A DNA stretch of 63,536 bases, the filler included, from Pelomyxa schiedti (taxonomy: Eukaryota > Protista > Evosea), in the NCBI GenBank assembly GCA_020536535.1. It is 6 parts of 6 records of this genome, joined end to end, with 100 filler letters (N's around TTAATTAATTAA, not from the genome) between each part and the next. Parts side by side here need not be neighbours in the genome. Positions count along the whole stretch, not along the records: positions 59,379 to 63,536 come from JAHLWZ010001633.1; 5 more parts are not named here. The stretch is one strand, 5' to 3'. Within the stretch, counting starts at the first letter, position 1. Each line of letters starts with the position of its first letter. The translations under genes were made by a program, and so were the position numbers. The notes under the pieces were generated by a model, which searched no databases, was not told the DNA's origin, and saw only the letters and a list, made by a program, of their open reading frames with translations. Positions 60,387 to 63,536 of this stretch are shown here, in pieces.

Positions 60387-62801
60387 ATGGACAAGAGACG
60401 ACGCGGTCCGCAACCGGAACCAACGCAGCGCAAGTGGCAGGCGATCCCAGTGCCTAGATCTTCCAGATCCTCAATAGGAACGCTACAGCGTAGTCGCGTT
60501 CGTTTCTGCCTCCGCGCGATGTCGCGGCCCGCTCCCTCTCGTCGCCAGCCGCCGCAACGTGCCCCGCCTCGCTGCGCGCCCGATTCCGCGAACGGCGCCG
60601 AAGCGGCCGCTACGAAGGAGATAGCGAGGGATTGCCTGCGCCTTTTGGTGTGCAACCAGTATCAGCAGTGCTACGACCTCGCGTGGTCGCTGGCGGGTGA
60701 TGATGATGATAGCGGCGCGGCTTGCAACACGCACAACAAGCACGGCGACGCGCGCGCGTTTGCTCTGGCGCTGCTGGCGTTCTTGTATGAGTCCTTCCCG
60801 AAGCTGTTTGTGCACAGGCAACCGTTCCGTACGTACTTGTGGGCCGTGCTCATGCAGAGGGCGGCTGAGTGCGACATGAGGTGCCAGGAATGGATGCTCA
60901 ATCTGCTCTATTCTGAGTGCGCGCGCAATCCCCTGGAGAAAGTGAGGGCGTTCTGCCACTTCTTCTTGGCAACTGTGCTGGCCAAGTCCTATGGCAAGTT
61001 TCCATTCACCAGTGGGGAAAAAACCTGCTCCCACGGTACAACAGCTGCAGAGAGGGGTGATCTGCGAGCTCTCACAGCCATTGGTGGGTTTGCCAACCTC
61101 AAGTACACAGCCTCGTTTGATTTCTGTACCGCCCAGAGGGACCTTGGAGTCATGTACCTCAAAGGGGATGCTGACGAAAAGGTACCACTGGATAAAGCTG
61201 CGGGCATGAGACTGCTGAGGATACTGTTGTATTTTGTCAGTGCTCAACCAAAGCAACATGATCCATGGAGCAGATCATCATCACCAGGTTTTTTAAATGA
61301 CGGGGCAATAACTTGGATGGACAGCAACAACCAACGCGATGGCACACAACACAAACACAACAAGTGGCGGGTGACGATCCCAGTGCCTAGATCTAGATCC
61401 ACAATAGCAACTCTGCAACACCGCCGTGTCCGTTTTTGCCTGAGAAAAATGTCGCGGCCCCCGACCCCCGCGTCGCCGTCGTCGTCATCCTGCTCATCAT
61501 CTTCTTGTTCATCGTCACCGTCGTGCTCATCATTGGACGAATGCAAGCCACAAAACAGCACAACGAAAGAGACAGCGAGGGATTGCCTGCGCCTGTTTGT
61601 GGAAGATCAGTTTCAGCAGTGCTACGACCTCGCGTGCTCGTTGGTGGGTGGTGACGATGACGACAGCGATGACGTGTTGGTTGGCAACTGCAACAACAGC
61701 AAAAGCAACAGCAACAGTGACAGTGACAAGCACAAGCACGCCGACGCTGGTGCATTTGCTCACATGGTGCTGGCGTTCTTGTATCTATCCTACCCGAAGC
61801 TGTTTGTGCACAGGCAACCGTTTCCAACGAACATGTGGACCATGCTCCTCCGTCGCGCTGCCGAGTGTGACCTGAGGTGCCAGGAATGGATGGTAAAGCT
61901 GCTCAATTCTGAGTGTGCGCGCAATCCCCTGGAGAAAGTGAGGGTGTTCTGCCACTTCTTCTTGGCAATGGTGCTGGATGGGTTCTACGGCAAGTTTCCA
62001 TTCACCAGTGAGGAAAAGAGCGGCTCGAATTGTACCATTGCTGCACAAGGTGGCGATCCGCGAGCACTTACAGCCATTGGTGGGTTTGACAACCTCAAGC
62101 ACGCAGCCTCACTTGGTTACTGTCCTGCCCAGAGGGACCTTGGAGTGATGTACCTCAAAGGGAAGAACAACAAACAGGGTGATGATGCAAAGGCACCATT
62201 GGATGAAACTGAGGGAATGAAACTGCTGATGATTGCGGCTGAGAAAGGTGACCCACTGGCGCAAGTGGAGGTTGCCTGCAAACTGCAGAAGAAACACACC
62301 TCAGAGGCTGTGAGGCTTTTCAAGTTGGCTGCACCACAGGGATTCCTTGACGCCGACATCCATCTTGCACAAGTTTACCTCACTGGGCCTGAGCATCTTC
62401 TGAATGTCACAGAGGCCCTGCGTATCATGTCGATGGCCGAGTCAGTGTTCACCAACAAGTGGATGAAACAGGGCAAAGAAGCAGGGAGTGCGATCCAAGA
62501 GCGCCGTTACCCTGCTGAAATGTGGGCATCAGGGTTTTCCACACTGGCAAAGGCTTACTGGGACGGAACTGGTGTGAAGAAGGATGTGAAGGAGGCTGCG
62601 AGGCTTCTGCACCTGGCACTGCAGGCCGCTATGCACCATGATGCTGTTGAGAACACGCACAAGCTTGCACTGGCTATGGGACTGGGGAAGATGTATGACG
62701 AGGAGTACCACGATGGGAGGGAGCAGATGAAGTGGATGAAGCTCTGCCTTGATTCAAACACAGACCCATTCTTGTACTTGTATCTAGGAGGCTCCTGGTA
62801 G
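60387..62801 (+). CDS. SEL1-repeat protein built from two tandem paralogous units (starts 60387 and 61317) in one frame
   Basis: Duplicated N-terminal module (RVRFCLR...ARDCLRL...LFVHRQPF...RCQEWM...LEKVR.FCHFFL) and AQRDLGVMYLKG SEL1 motifs. Confidence 0.8.
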   Translation: MDKRRRGPQPEPTQRKWQAIPVPRSSRSSIGTLQRSRVRFCLRAMSRPAPSRRQPPQRAPPRCAPDSANGAEAAATKEIARDCLRLLVCNQYQQCYDLAWSLAGDDDDSGAACNTHNKHGDARAFALALLAFLYESFPKLFVHRQPFRTYLWAVLMQRAAECDMRCQEWMLNLLYSECARNPLEKVRAFCHFFLATVLAKSYGKFPFTSGEKTCSHGTTAAERGDLRALTAIGGFANLKYTASFDFCTAQRDLGVMYLKGDADEKVPLDKAAGMRLLRILLYFVSAQPKQHDPWSRSSSPGFLNDGAITWMDSNNQRDGTQHKHNKWRVTIPVPRSRSTIATLQHRRVRFCLRKMSRPPTPASPSSSSCSSSSCSSSPSCSSLDECKPQNSTTKETARDCLRLFVEDQFQQCYDLACSLVGGDDDDSDDVLVGNCNNSKSNSNSDSDKHKHADAGAFAHMVLAFLYLSYPKLFVHRQPFPTNMWTMLLRRAAECDLRCQEWMVKLLNSECARNPLEKVRVFCHFFLAMVLDGFYGKFPFTSEEKSGSNCTIAAQGGDPRALTAIGGFDNLKHAASLGYCPAQRDLGVMYLKGKNNKQGDDAKAPLDETEGMKLLMIAAEKGDPLAQVEVACKLQKKHTSEAVRLFKLAAPQGFLDADIHLAQVYLTGPEHLLNVTEALRIMSMAESVFTNKWMKQGKEAGSAIQERRYPAEMWASGFSTLAKAYWDGTGVKKDVKEAARLLHLALQAAMHHDAVENTHKLALAMGLGKMYDEEYHDGREQMKWMKLCLDSNTDPFLYLYLGGSW

Positions 62802-63038
62802 CTGTCTGACATTCAAAAAATGTTGCCTGTTTTTTTTTGGTGCACTGTTGCTGATGCATAATGGCACACAACCGCGTACTCCCACAAGTGCTACTACGTC
62901 CGCAATGATCACTCAGTTTTAATATTTTCGGCCTTTTGGCGGTTTTCAGGACGACAAAATGATGACAGCCCACACAGTACTTACAAAAAAACCTGGCACC
63001 TGCCAAAACCCCATTTAAAACCAAACAACACACGAGAG

Positions 63039-63536
63039 ATGGACAACAACAACAACAACAAGAGCGACCGTCGGCGACGCAAGTGGGCGGTGGTACCACC
63101 AGTGCCTGGATCTAGATCCACGCCAGCAACACACCAACAAGTTCGTTTTTGCCTGAGAAAAATGTCGCGACGGCCGCCGCCCTGTGGATCTAGATCTGGT
63201 ACCGCCGCCAGTGAAATGGATGGATCTTGCACACACCAGCCCGGTTCCCAAAGCGACACGACGCGCGACGCCCCAGACAGCGAGACGAGCCAGATCGCAC
63301 GGGAGTGCCTGCGGCTGTTTGTGGAGAAGGAGTTCAGAGGTGCTACGATCTCACGTGGTCGCTGGTGGGCGAGGATGCTGACGACGACAACAACAACAAG
63401 TTCAAGCACGCCGAAGCTGGCGCATTTGCTCACGTGTTGTTGGCGTTCTTGTATGAGTCTTACCCGAATCTGTTTGTGCACAGGCAGCCGTTTCCGGCAT
63501 ACATGCGGACCATGCTCCTCCGCCGTGCTGCCGAGT
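63039..63536 (+). pseudogene. Third paralogous unit of the SEL1 family, frameshifted (or sequencing error), 3'-partial
   Basis: Same module. ttcagaggtgctac near 63335 is one base short relative to FQQCYDL in the paralogs. Confidence 0.6.

Overview
Intron-rich, gene-dense eukaryotic (protist) DNA; no rRNA, tRNA or CRISPR seen. The window is not contiguous. Five 100-bp artificial linkers (N44-TTAATTAATTAA-N44) join six separate contigs (1-15630, 15731-44398, 44499-48738, 48839-55363, 55464-59278, 59379-63536), and there is one plain 100-N gap at 4425-4524. Short GT-AG introns and the expanded ankyrin-like, SEL1 and F-box families resemble an anaerobic amoebozoan such as Pelomyxa; this is inference from recalled families and is unverified. 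Contig 1 holds two copies of a composite mobile element. The complete copy is about 5.3 kb, has about 250-bp TIRs, and encloses a dead, poly(A)-tailed L1/Tx1-type LINE whose zinc-knuckle-like segment lies inverted between the APE and RT remnants. Contig 2 is a gene-rich block: bacterial-type FGGY kinase and sulfotransferase, F-box proteins, TFIIH p44, an M1AP-like vWA protein, a CCCH zinc-finger protein and a pentapeptide multidomain protein. Contig 3 has a CBM20 fusion protein and an alpha-kinase. Contig 4 has a tandem pair of MORN-TM-ubiquitin-like-kinase receptor-like genes, one with HRD and one with HRA. Contig 5 has a 245-bp MITE with a TG target duplication, a SART1 3' region with an in-frame TAA, and an intron-containing DD34E transposase. 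Contig 6 has ankyrin-like and triplicated SEL1 genes. Exon boundaries were read by eye and gene ends are approximate. Family assignments rest on remembered motifs, not database searches.
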